NCBI GenBank assembly: GCA_052033505.1
Contig: JBPOJN010000014.1
Location: 5,599 to 69,598 of the forward strand
Direction: 5' to 3'
DNA: 64,000 bases
Source of the DNA: Myxococcota bacterium
Lineage (GTDB): Bacteria; UBA10199; JACPAL01; GCA-016699445
Below the pieces are notes generated by a model. The model made no database searches, was not told where the DNA came from, and saw only the letters and a program-made list of their open reading frames with translations. Shown piece by piece: positions 36,950 to 45,818 of the stretch. The position numbers were made by a program, and so were the translations under genes. Position 1 is the stretch's first letter. Every line of letters begins with the position of its first letter.

Positions 36950-39900
36950 ATGATCGGATTTCCCTCCGTCGGTACTCACCTCTCAAACTCCCTAGGGACT
37001 TCTTCCTCGGGATCGATTCCGTTTTCTCCCGAAGCCACATCCCTGATGACAGGGCCGACGCCCGCCGAAAGTTTATACGGCGTCATGAACGGGATGACGC
37101 TGGTCGCCGCAGTTTCCGGATCTCCGGCGCTCGCGAGGGTTTGTTCCCATCCCGCGTTCGCCGCGGCGTCATTGGGGTTGGGCGCTTATTTCCAATACCA
37201 AGCCGCCGGACAAACGCAGAGCCTGATCGCGGGTGGATTGCTCGCTCTGTCGGCCGCTGGAACGGCCGTGAATGCGTATTCTTTTTATCGCGGCCTGAAA
37301 GCCGGCTGGCAGAGCCTCCACTTTTCCACGCAGCTCGCAGTTTATGATCGCGTCCGTGACGTGAATTTACCGCCCGAGGTCCGCGCCGCGATCGTGGAAG
37401 CGCGGAATCACTGGGCGGATTTAAAAGACGAACGTCCTGAGCGCATCGCGGCAGCCGTGCAAAGCAGTTTCAGAGGTGCGGCCCCTGAACAAGCCGCTTC
37501 TACACCTCATCTCTTCGTGCGCGAGCGCCGCCTGGAGGCGGAAGACATGGCTTCCGGTGCGGCCCGTCATGCGACCGATGCCGCTTGGAAGACGTCGCCG
37601 GACGCCGAGAAAATGCTGCGCGCGTGCGCGCCGGAAGGATCGGCTTGGGATCGTTTGATCGTGCTACGCGATGCTCCCGGGCATTTGGAGTATGTGCGGC
37701 GTTCGGTCCTACACGCCGAGGAGGCGCAAAGGGTCGCTTCCGCGAGTCCTCGCAATTGGGTCAGCGAAGCGCGCGGCGATGCCTCGTACGCGCCGTGGCA
37801 AAAGACGGTGGGGGAGTGGCTGGGGCGCAACGTCCAAGGGGCCTTGCTCTACGGCATCCCGGCCTTCGTGACACTCCAGGTCCTGGCCGGAGGTTTGGAT
37901 TACGCCCAAGGACAATTGGCCGGTGAAGGATTTTTCAAACAAATCGTCCATTCGTTGCTCGGCTTGGCTCCCGCCGCGGCGACTTATCTTTATAACGCGC
38001 GCCAAGGCAGCCGCCGCTTCAACGTCTCCCCGGCCGCGCATCAGGAAATCGTCGTCGAACGTTTTCTGGATCCCGAGTTGCAAAAACGCACCGTGGAGCG
38101 TCTCGCATCTGCGGTACCTCCTCTAGAGCCGGGAGAAAGCGCGCGTTACGCGGAACAGTGCCGCGTGAATCTCGATCGCGTCGAAAGCCAAATCGCCGTG
38201 CTGGAAAGCCTCGAGATTCCCATCATCGCGGACCGAGCCGAAGTTTCCAGCGGAGCGCCGGCATTTTTAAAGGAAAACGATCGCGTGCGGAAATTCACGC
38301 CCATTCGCGTGCCTGACCCGAAAAGACCTTACCGCTACGACCATCGTCCGAACGTGCCCGATACCGAAGAGAGAAAACGGATACGGACCGAGATCAAGGC
38401 CATGCCGATCGTTTCACTCGAGGAAGCGATCCGTGCGGGCCGGGTCACTCACGTCGATATCTACAACATGATTCGTGACCACTCGGTCTCGAAAGACGGA
38501 GCGGTCATCACGCGTCCTCTCGAAGGGAAATTGGGCCGCAAGCTCTTACGGCTCGCGCAAGAAGCGGATCGCAAAGGCGAGATCCGGCATTTTACGCTGG
38601 TCAAAGACTTGTTCGAAGGCATCGACGGCGTCGTGACGGCCGGCTCAAAGACAATGCATCTAACCGATTTCGGGAAAAGCCCGCTCGTCCAACGTCTCGT
38701 CGATCAGGGATTCGTTCCCATCCCTTGCGGACTGACGGCGGGCGCCAACGGGCCCGACGGTCTCTATAACGGTCACGGGGCTGTGGGGAATTCCAAGAAA
38801 GCGGGTTATGACACCGCGGGATCCTCCTCGGCGGAGGCCTATGCGTTGGGATTGAAGGATTTCCCGATCCGTCTCGCGATCGGCACCGACACCGGAGGCT
38901 CGATCACTGCGCCTTGCGGGGCTATGGAGCTCTTCGGTTGGATTCCCGAGCCCGGCACGGTCTCGCGCGCGAACATGATCCCGTATGCGACGCATCTAGA
39001 CACTCCGGGTGTCATGGGTGTGGACAAGGGTGAAGTCCTGAACCTCGCGCGCCTGCTCACGCTTTCGCCGTACCAGAGCCGTTTCGATGAAAGCCCGCGA
39101 AGCCCGGCTCTTTATTATTTTGAATCGAACCTGCAGCTCGCATCCGAAAAAAACCGCGAACGGTTTGATCGCGAGGTCAAAAAATTCCGTCTTCAAGGCT
39201 TATCCGCGACGGCTCTCGACGAACGCTTTTCCGCCTACCGCACGATTCCCTTAGATCTCTACGCCGACTCTTACGCCGCGGCCGCGATGGCGCTCATGAA
39301 TCCGCTGCAAGAGAACGCCCGGGGAGAGCCTCAGCGCTACATCCTCGACAGGCGCCTGCAAATGCGCATGGGCCGTGCCCATGCTCTGCTCATGACGCCG
39401 GATGAGAAGCATGGGAACCTCTTCAACCGCTACCTGCACCTGCACGTCCGTTTCCGAGAGCTCTTCCAGAAAAAGTTCCCCGCCGGCTTCACCCTGATCA
39501 CGCCCGCGCCCGAAGCCGTGGCTCTGGAAGACTTCATCCCGAACGGTCCCGCCGGCGCCTTGCTCGACCGCCACGATCAACAAGGCGGCATGCTGAAAAA
39601 TCGCGTCTATCATGCAGCCTTCGTCGATGCGGAGCGGGGGATGGTGATCGAAGGGAAGATGGAAGACGTGCTGGCGGTGAGTCTGACCGAAGGCACTGCG
39701 GCGTTTCAGGAAACGTTGAAGCAAAAGATCGGGGATAAGATCAAAAATATTTATCCGAAATTCGCGGAGCGTCGATTCGGTGAGTTCATCGACGTTCTCA
39801 TCGCCGAGGTTCGGAAGCGGACGGACGCCCGTGGAATCTCATTTGATCCTTCGGACGTTTTTGAAGAGGCCAAGCTGGATCAGTGCGTGGGTGATGTCGT

Positions 39901-39976
39901 TAAGATGGCCGTCACCGCGATACAAAAGCAGGCGCCGCATCTCCTTGAAGACAACGCCTCCGGCCAGGCGGCTTGA
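36950..39976 (+). CDS. large (1008 aa) protein with hydrophobic N-terminus and internal amidase-signature (AS) domain
   Basis: Residues ~620-690 read GYDTAGSSSAEAYALGL...LAIGTDTGGSITAPCGAMELFGWIPEPGTVSRANMIPYATHLDTPGVMG. This matches the AS-family core (GGSSGG...GTDxGGSIRxPA..CG..G.KPT.G.VSR.G.......D..G.M) including the Ser nucleophile and cis-Ser. An Ala/Gly-rich hydrophobic segment near the N-terminus suggests membrane anchoring. An AT-rich 140-bp promoter-like region lies upstream. Confidence 0.6.
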   Translation: MIGFPSVGTHLSNSLGTSSSGSIPFSPEATSLMTGPTPAESLYGVMNGMTLVAAVSGSPALARVCSHPAFAAASLGLGAYFQYQAAGQTQSLIAGGLLALSAAGTAVNAYSFYRGLKAGWQSLHFSTQLAVYDRVRDVNLPPEVRAAIVEARNHWADLKDERPERIAAAVQSSFRGAAPEQAASTPHLFVRERRLEAEDMASGAARHATDAAWKTSPDAEKMLRACAPEGSAWDRLIVLRDAPGHLEYVRRSVLHAEEAQRVASASPRNWVSEARGDASYAPWQKTVGEWLGRNVQGALLYGIPAFVTLQVLAGGLDYAQGQLAGEGFFKQIVHSLLGLAPAAATYLYNARQGSRRFNVSPAAHQEIVVERFLDPELQKRTVERLASAVPPLEPGESARYAEQCRVNLDRVESQIAVLESLEIPIIADRAEVSSGAPAFLKENDRVRKFTPIRVPDPKRPYRYDHRPNVPDTEERKRIRTEIKAMPIVSLEEAIRAGRVTHVDIYNMIRDHSVSKDGAVITRPLEGKLGRKLLRLAQEADRKGEIRHFTLVKDLFEGIDGVVTAGSKTMHLTDFGKSPLVQRLVDQGFVPIPCGLTAGANGPDGLYNGHGAVGNSKKAGYDTAGSSSAEAYALGLKDFPIRLAIGTDTGGSITAPCGAMELFGWIPEPGTVSRANMIPYATHLDTPGVMGVDKGEVLNLARLLTLSPYQSRFDESPRSPALYYFESNLQLASEKNRERFDREVKKFRLQGLSATALDERFSAYRTIPLDLYADSYAAAAMALMNPLQENARGEPQRYILDRRLQMRMGRAHALLMTPDEKHGNLFNRYLHLHVRFRELFQKKFPAGFTLITPAPEAVALEDFIPNGPAGALLDRHDQQGGMLKNRVYHAAFVDAERGMVIEGKMEDVLAVSLTEGTAAFQETLKQKIGDKIKNIYPKFAERRFGEFIDVLIAEVRKRTDARGISFDPSDVFEEAKLDQCVGDVVKMAVTAIQKQAPHLLEDNASGQAA

Positions 39977-40030
39977 TAGAATCGAGACTCCATAAATATA
40001 TGTAATATGGAATCATGTATTCCATATTGC

Positions 40031-40174
40031 TTAATCGAGCCCATCGAAAGGTACTAGCGCACTGACAGGTTCTCCATCTTTCAAGATGACGAAGGATTCC
40101 CCAAGGTCTTTATTACGCCGGGAAAGGTCAAGTAGGCATTGCTTGGCTTTCGTAATGGTGATCAGTTGAGACAT
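40031..40174 (-). CDS. Phd/YefM-family antitoxin, orphan (47 aa; not in ORF track)
   Basis: Translating the minus strand by hand gives MSQLITITKAKQCLLDLSRRNKDLGESFVILKDGEPVSALVPFDGLD-stop. This matches the Phd/YefM N-terminal pattern (..I.ITEAR..L..L......GEPV.ITR.GKPVAVLV). GGAGATAACC-ATG RBS. No cognate toxin gene follows. Confidence 0.5.
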   Translation of the reverse strand: MSQLITITKAKQCLLDLSRRNKDLGESFVILKDGEPVSALVPFDGLD

Positions 40175-40329
40175 GGTTATCTCCTAAATCGTTCATAAAC
40201 TTCTTTACGGTGTTGAATACGCAGAACTTCGACGATCACCTCCTGTCGGCGGATCGTATAAATAGCCCTAATGAGTCAAATGAGAAACTCAGCCGTTTTT
40301 GCATGGTCGGCATCAGGTACATACGGGCC

Positions 40330-40455
40330 TACGTCCCCATCTACAAAATGGCCGTCCACGGAATGCCCGGTTCGGGCAAACCTCAAGAAATGGTCGCCTG
40401 GGCGGGCATCGATGCCGGTGCGATCGTTAAAAAAGTTCGTGGGATTTTGTCCTGA
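40330..40455 (+). pseudogene. remnant or duplicate of the transketolase 3' end
   Basis: Encodes ...YKMAVHGMPGSGKPQEMVAWAGIDAGAIVKKVRGILS-stop. This parallels the true tkt C-terminus HKMAVHGMPGSAKPQEMVVWAGIDAASIAKKVRSLL-stop at 36700-36812, at roughly 75-80% nucleotide identity. No upstream tkt sequence accompanies it. Confidence 0.55.
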
Positions 40456-40511
40456 CCGGTCGTCTCCATTCTTTCTTGCTTCTTGATAACAAATATTATA
40501 AAAATGTTATC

Positions 40512-40736
40512 ATGCTTCGCACCCAAATCAGTCTTTCAGAAACCGAGTATCAATGGGCTAAGAACGCTTCTAAGAAACTCGGCATTTCGTTGGCCGAGCT
40601 TCTGAGGCGTTCTCTCAGGACCGTGTTACCCGTTTCCACGGAAAAGCCTTGGATGCGGTTCGCCGGATCCGTGGAGTCTGGGCGTAGTGACTCCAGTCAG
40701 ACCGTTGACGACCTTATTTATGGCCAAAAAGACTAG
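40512..40736 (+). CDS. RHH-type antitoxin
   Basis: MLRTQISLSETEYQWAKNASKKLGISLAELLRRSL fits a ribbon-helix-helix fold (beta-strand then two helices). It overlaps the downstream PIN gene by 17 nt. Confidence 0.55.
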   Translation: MLRTQISLSETEYQWAKNASKKLGISLAELLRRSLRTVLPVSTEKPWMRFAGSVESGRSDSSQTVDDLIYGQKD

Positions 40737-41181
40737 CTTCCTCCACGAGCGTCGGCGAGAGCTGTGTCGCGGGAAGCGACCTAAGGCTTATGTCGACACG
40801 GGAGCCCTCATCGCCTTCCTGGATCGTTCCGATACTTATCACCCTTTATTCGTGCGCCTCTTCGCGGATCCAGCGTCTTTGATCACTACGCCTCTCGTGA
40901 TCGCGGAAGGACATGGTTGGTTTCTGAAACGCTTCGATGTGACGCGCGCGCTGCAGTTTCTGAATTTCGTCGAAGAGATCTCCCCCTTGGAAATCGTGTC
41001 CGTCGGTGAAAAAGAAATGGCGGGAGCCGGAGACATTCTCCGAAAATTTTCCGATCAAGATTTAACTTTGGCCGACGCCTGCGGTTTATGGCTCATGAAA
41101 AAACTCAAAATCCAAACCTGCTGGTCCACCGACCGCCACCTCTCGTTGACCGGGGTGCCGTTGGTGATTCATGAAATGTGA
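40720..41181 (+). CDS. PIN-domain toxin (VapC-like)
   Basis: AYVDTGALIAFLDRSD (N-terminal PIN Asp), ...VIAEGHGW... and ...LTLADACGLWLM...CWSTDRH (C-terminal Asp). About 150 aa. Confidence 0.7.
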   Translation: MAKKTSFLHERRRELCRGKRPKAYVDTGALIAFLDRSDTYHPLFVRLFADPASLITTPLVIAEGHGWFLKRFDVTRALQFLNFVEEISPLEIVSVGEKEMAGAGDILRKFSDQDLTLADACGLWLMKKLKIQTCWSTDRHLSLTGVPLVIHEM

Positions 41182-41390
41182 GAAAAATTCAGAAGAAACT
41201 TTTATTTTTCGACGGGTTCGGCGCGTACCGGGTACACGTGTGCCGTCGCATGCGGGCGGGATCGACGTCCTGCCGATGGCCAATGCCCTCTCGGCATTGC
41301 CGGAAATACTCTGAGGTTATCCACAGATTTTTTAGGAATTTAATTTATTTTCAATGGTTTGACTGGGTGCCTGGCCTGGGTTCAAGGAGC

Positions 41391-42425
41391 AAGTGCAACA
41401 CTGGAAATAAGAGCTAGCCGTTATGCTAGTCCCAGTGCGCATGAAAAAAGCATACCTTCATTTAAATCAACAAGAGCGGACATTTTTAGAGGGATCTCTT
41501 CTTCAGGGCTTAAGTTTAAGGGCCATTGCCAAGGTTCTGAGTCGAAGCCCGTCGAGCTTAAGCCGAGAAATTAAGCGCAACGGAAAGAGAGTCGGCCGAT
41601 CTCGCAAAGCCGTTTACGAGAGCAGGAAGGCTCAAGAGAAGGCCGGAAAAAGATTTAAAGAAACCCACCGTAAGATACGCCTTAAAAATCTGTGGATCCG
41701 GGAGTATGTGATCTCGAAGCTTTTGAATCGATGGTCTCCCGAACTTATTGCCGGCCGTCTTTCCTTGGACCACCCGGATCTGCGCATCAGCCATGAGACG
41801 ATCTATCAATGGATCTATGAAGAGGCGCCTGAGTACGTCCGATATCTTGCCAAGAAAAGACGGCTGCGCCGATCCAGAACTTATTCTTTAAAAACAGGGC
41901 AAGTGAACTTCATCCCCGGACGTGTCTTAATCGATGAACGTCCTTATCTCATCAATGCCCGTCAGGATGCGGGCCACTGGGAAGTCGATTTAGTCGAATC
42001 CTATCTTAAAAGAGGCGGCTTGCAGGTCGTTTGCGAGAGGAAGACGCGCTACACGCTTGTGAACAAGATGCGAAGTTTAAGAGGGATGGAAGCAAGGGCG
42101 CATCTTGTCAAACGCATGAAACATCTGCCGTCATGGATGTGCCAAAGCTTAACCTACGACAACGGAGCGGAGAATGCGTGTCATCTGTTCGTGAATCGGC
42201 ACTTAGGCACCCGCTCGTACTTCTGTCATCCGTATCATGGTTGGGAGAAGGGAACGGTTGAGAATACGATCGGGATCGTCAGGCGATTTTATCCCAAGGG
42301 AACCGACTTCAGAGAAGTCTCGGAAGACGAAGTTAAAGATCTGGAGACTTGGTTAAACAACAGGCCTCGCAAGTGCCTTGCCTTCAAGACTCCTGCCGAG
42401 GCATTTAAACAGGAGTGTTGCACTT
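41391..42425 (+). mobile_element. IS30-family insertion sequence (~1.03 kb)
   Basis: 12-bp perfect terminal inverted repeats: AAGTGCAACACT (41391-41402) and AGTGTTGCACTT (42414-42425). A single transposase ORF lies inside, with the right IR overlapping its stop as is typical for IS30. Confidence 0.7.
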
Positions 42426-42427
42426 AG
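41423..42427 (+). CDS. IS30-family transposase
   Basis: N-terminal HTH (LSLRAIAKVLSRSPSSLSREIKRN). DDE region with GHWEVDLVES...YDNGAENA, as in the IS30 signature (HWEGDLI...DNGxEF). 334 aa. A start at Met7 (41441) is also possible. Confidence 0.8.
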   Translation: MLVPVRMKKAYLHLNQQERTFLEGSLLQGLSLRAIAKVLSRSPSSLSREIKRNGKRVGRSRKAVYESRKAQEKAGKRFKETHRKIRLKNLWIREYVISKLLNRWSPELIAGRLSLDHPDLRISHETIYQWIYEEAPEYVRYLAKKRRLRRSRTYSLKTGQVNFIPGRVLIDERPYLINARQDAGHWEVDLVESYLKRGGLQVVCERKTRYTLVNKMRSLRGMEARAHLVKRMKHLPSWMCQSLTYDNGAENACHLFVNRHLGTRSYFCHPYHGWEKGTVENTIGIVRRFYPKGTDFREVSEDEVKDLETWLNNRPRKCLAFKTPAEAFKQECCT

Positions 42428-42563
42428 TCTTTGAATCCACAGGCACCGTTGGTTCTGGCACCGTTGGTTCCTCGTGTTCTAATCCTCTCGACGAGACGGA
42501 GGGAGTTGAGCTCCAGGGATTTGTGGTGGTTTGTTTCCAGCCGGGTCGATGGAACCGTGCCCT

Positions 42564-45500
42564 TCATCTGAAGGGCGAAATCCTCGGGGAACTACATGAC
42601 CGCTGGTGACTAGAGGGGTGAGTGCTCTCCCCCCCCCCAAAAGGTGGTGGGAGCTTTGCTCGCGGACGCGCTGAGGTAGTCCCGCTGGGTAGGAGATTGG
42701 GGAGTTGATTGAGAAGTGTGCTTAAGGGTTCGAGAAAAGTATGATGTGTCTGATTTTGTCCATCTTCGGCCAGGATATTCAGAAGTATGTCCAAAAAAGA
42801 CTCTTTGTATAAAGTGAGGTTGTTGATTTCCGACATGGCTTGAGTGTTCTCTGGAGTAATGTCGCCTGTTTGATCGGGATATTTTGAGAGAGAGGCTCTG
42901 TTGCGAAACTCTGCTTTGAAGGCCTCGACTAAAATATTAGTTTTTTCCACTAGTGATCTTCTTGCACGCGCGAGGGCCGCATCATTCTGAGATTCCAGTT
43001 TCTGTTTCTGTTCTGTAGATTGTTCGTTGATGGACTTAGCTAATCGAGCTAGTTCTTTTTGTGCCGCAGCGATGGCAACGACTTTTTCGAAAAGAATGTT
43101 TCTCCAAACATCGAGCCATTCTTGACCTGGTTTAGCTGACGATATTCTAGTCACCGGACCCGTATCGATACCCAGGCCGGGCATAGGTTCAGGCAATGGA
43201 GTGGGTTCGTCCGGGGTGGCAGAAGGTTTCCTACCCGGAGGAGGTGGTGGTGATTTCTTTTGAGTTAAAATTGCTGCTCTGTAGGCTTCCGTGTCGGCGT
43301 CGGACATTTGTGTGAGTTGAAGGCTGTGATCACTTGTTATGACGACCTGAATGCCGACTTCTCCCAGTAGGATACGATCCTGCTTCTCAGTTAAGGGTTG
43401 CAGACCTTTTCCGAGTTTCACTTCTCTCCAGTAGACTTGTTCGCTGTCGCCGTTTCTTCTGAAAGACCATTGGCGCTTCGTCATATCGTAGGTAAAGATG
43501 ACGTGATTTGGGACGATGGAACGATGATCGATTTGTTCGCGACCAAAAATGATGGCCATGTCCTCCGTAGAGTAGGACCACGACGTCGGCACTTCGGTTT
43601 GTAGTTCGATGTCGTCGATCTCGAGGACATCACCTGAGAGTGCTACGGCAGGAGCTGCCACCTGACCGCTTATGTGAATGACCCCAACGGATGTGTCGTC
43701 GCCAACGGCTAAATGGGCAAGAGAGTCTAAGATGCCACTGACTAAAACTGTTTCAGAGAGACTAAAGCTGCGCAATACATCTGCCAGGCCTGACAAGCCC
43801 CGTGCTCCGGTGTCTACGATATTTTGTGTTTCTCTAAATTGTGCCACGATCCGATCCAATGCCTCTACATTTGACTCTGCTGCCGTCGCCATAGCGGTTA
43901 TTTGATCTTCATGGGTTTTTGCCAAGTCATCCAGCATCGTTCGATGCGCATCGGACATTTCTCGGATCTTAGCATTCAGTCGTTCCTCATCTTTCATGTC
44001 GTTTGCTGCGAGGGCTGCTTGATGTTCGGCGGCGAGGCCCTGAATGGCGGCTTCATGCTCTGCTCCAAGCCGCGCACGTTCCGCGCTCAACTGTGCTTCC
44101 GCTTCGGCTTTGAGTGCATCGACGGCCTGACGGTGAAGTGCTGCTTGTTCAGCAATGGATCGCTCTTTCACGGTCGCTAAATTTTCCTTTTCAGATGCAA
44201 AACGTGTTTGGTCTTCGGCTCTCTTTGCTTTGGTCTCTTCGAGAAGCTCCGCTGTTTTTGTCAGAGCGGATTGCGCCGCATGAAGTTGGCCTTCGAGAAT
44301 TCTTATTTTTTCCTCAACAGCTTGTTTGTCGGTGATTGCTGCTGCCGCTAATGTCTTTTGCCGATCAAGCTCAGCTCTGAGAGCCTCGATCCCTTCTTTT
44401 TTGAAGTGCAAGGTACGCGCACGAATCCCACAGAGGAGAGGAATGCGGTCCATGAGAGCGGGGGGCGGATTTTCGGTGGTGAAGTATTCCCGTATGGCTG
44501 CGGCGATGTCATCGCCATCTTTCATCGAGAACCCTTCTATCACTTGAGCAAGATTTTCTTCGGATACTGTTTGAGAGACCGCTTGTGACAAATCCCAGAA
44601 ACGGGTTTGGGAGTCCTCACCAAAAAAATGGCTTCCGTATACCTGGAATTCATTTTCAAAAACCAAACTGAGAAGTTTGAGGCAGGTCGTTGGGTCTTCG
44701 GGATAATTTAAGAAAGCATCCTGACTAAGTAAGTAACCATCAATTTGGTCAGCAAGAGATTGGAATCCATGCTCCCTGATTAAGTCTGAAAACTCTCGGA
44801 GGGATCTCGTTTTTAACAAATCTTCCGTTGCGGGAGAAGGAGCTATGAACTTTGATTTGGTCATGAGATCCTGTGCAGAAGGCAATCCAAGGATGGACTC
44901 ACCTCCTGAAAGGACTTTGTTTTGGCGGTCTACGTGAGTTGCTAGTGCCTCCAAAAAATTGGGTCCAAGACGCGTGTGATGCCGTCTGGATTGATAAAGA
45001 GGGCGTAATCTTTGGATGGAAGGGTTATTCCACTTTTCCATCCTCTGAATCATATCGTCGATTTGTTTGTGAATTGCCGTATCCCAGTCAGGGAACGTGA
45101 TTATTTGATCACCTTGGATCTCATAGCGAACAGGAGAGGCATGCTTCTCCCAGCTCTCCGCCAAGCCTGAAAGTTCATCATTTTTTTGAACAGCTGCGTT
45201 CGCCATACTCGGGTAAAGAGCAACCAATCGGTCTGTGATAGCCTCCTGTGGGTTCTTAACCGTCCAATAAAGTTTGCGACTCAGCGGGTTTTGGAGCTGG
45301 GCCAAGAGCTGTTCGATGCCGGCGCTGAGTGTTTTGTAAAATTCTGCTTTTTTATATTTTGAGACTTCGTCTGTACCAAAAGTGCGTAGCGCGTGATCGA
45401 TGAGGGACTCGGGGATGAGTCCATTTTCTACAGGGAATCCCTGTTTTGCCCAAATGTCGTAGATTTTTGAAATCAGGACTTTGCCGAAATCGCCAAATGG

Positions 45501-45791
45501 GGTGCCGAGAAGAGGGCATTTCAGAGAAACTTCAGTTTGGATGAGTTGTCTGTACTTGGCCTCCTCGGTGGGGGCGAGACGAGTCCATAAACCAAACAGA
45601 CCAGAGGATACTCTTGGATTTGCGAGCGGCGCAGGCCTCGCCATTTCAAACAGCCGACGTCCCGCGTGAGCGTCTCCTAGCTGAGCTCCCAGTCCACCCG
45701 AGGTCGCGTGCGGGAGTGTTGCTTGGGTCAGGGTGGTGTTGGTGAATAGGGTGGGCAGTCGCATATCCCTATCTTCGGCGGAAAAGGACAA
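42564..45791 (-). CDS. large hypothetical protein (1075 aa) with central coiled coil; low-GC
   Basis: No known enzymatic motifs. A long heptad-rich Ala/Glu/Gln/Leu stretch of ~200 aa (ALRAELDRQKTLAAAAITDKQAVEEKIRILEGQL...) indicates coiled coil. A PPPP linker is present. GC is visibly lower than the flanking chromosome. Last gene of a four-gene minus-strand operon. Confidence 0.55.
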   Translation of the reverse strand: MSFSAEDRDMRLPTLFTNTTLTQATLPHATSGGLGAQLGDAHAGRRLFEMARPAPLANPRVSSGLFGLWTRLAPTEEAKYRQLIQTEVSLKCPLLGTPFGDFGKVLISKIYDIWAKQGFPVENGLIPESLIDHALRTFGTDEVSKYKKAEFYKTLSAGIEQLLAQLQNPLSRKLYWTVKNPQEAITDRLVALYPSMANAAVQKNDELSGLAESWEKHASPVRYEIQGDQIITFPDWDTAIHKQIDDMIQRMEKWNNPSIQRLRPLYQSRRHHTRLGPNFLEALATHVDRQNKVLSGGESILGLPSAQDLMTKSKFIAPSPATEDLLKTRSLREFSDLIREHGFQSLADQIDGYLLSQDAFLNYPEDPTTCLKLLSLVFENEFQVYGSHFFGEDSQTRFWDLSQAVSQTVSEENLAQVIEGFSMKDGDDIAAAIREYFTTENPPPALMDRIPLLCGIRARTLHFKKEGIEALRAELDRQKTLAAAAITDKQAVEEKIRILEGQLHAAQSALTKTAELLEETKAKRAEDQTRFASEKENLATVKERSIAEQAALHRQAVDALKAEAEAQLSAERARLGAEHEAAIQGLAAEHQAALAANDMKDEERLNAKIREMSDAHRTMLDDLAKTHEDQITAMATAAESNVEALDRIVAQFRETQNIVDTGARGLSGLADVLRSFSLSETVLVSGILDSLAHLAVGDDTSVGVIHISGQVAAPAVALSGDVLEIDDIELQTEVPTSWSYSTEDMAIIFGREQIDHRSIVPNHVIFTYDMTKRQWSFRRNGDSEQVYWREVKLGKGLQPLTEKQDRILLGEVGIQVVITSDHSLQLTQMSDADTEAYRAAILTQKKSPPPPPGRKPSATPDEPTPLPEPMPGLGIDTGPVTRISSAKPGQEWLDVWRNILFEKVVAIAAAQKELARLAKSINEQSTEQKQKLESQNDAALARARRSLVEKTNILVEAFKAEFRNRASLSKYPDQTGDITPENTQAMSEINNLTLYKESFLDILLNILAEDGQNQTHHTFLEPLSTLLNQLPNLLPSGTTSARPRAKLPPPFGGGESTHPSSHQRSCSSPRISPFR
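42629..42638. repeat. C10/G10 homopolymer tract inside the 3' end of CDS 42564-45791
   Basis: Ten consecutive C on the plus strand, so G10 on the coding strand, encoding ...PPPFGGGE... 25 codons before the stop. Confidence 0.9.
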
Positions 45792-45818
45792 AAGTTGCCA
45801 CGAATGTGAGTGTAGGGG

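Noticed and set aside
36883-37347. 154-aa ORF in another frame at the 5' end of the amidase-like gene
   Set aside because: Arg-rich frame-shifted translation of the same region. The 1008-aa frame contains the amidase signature and is preferred.
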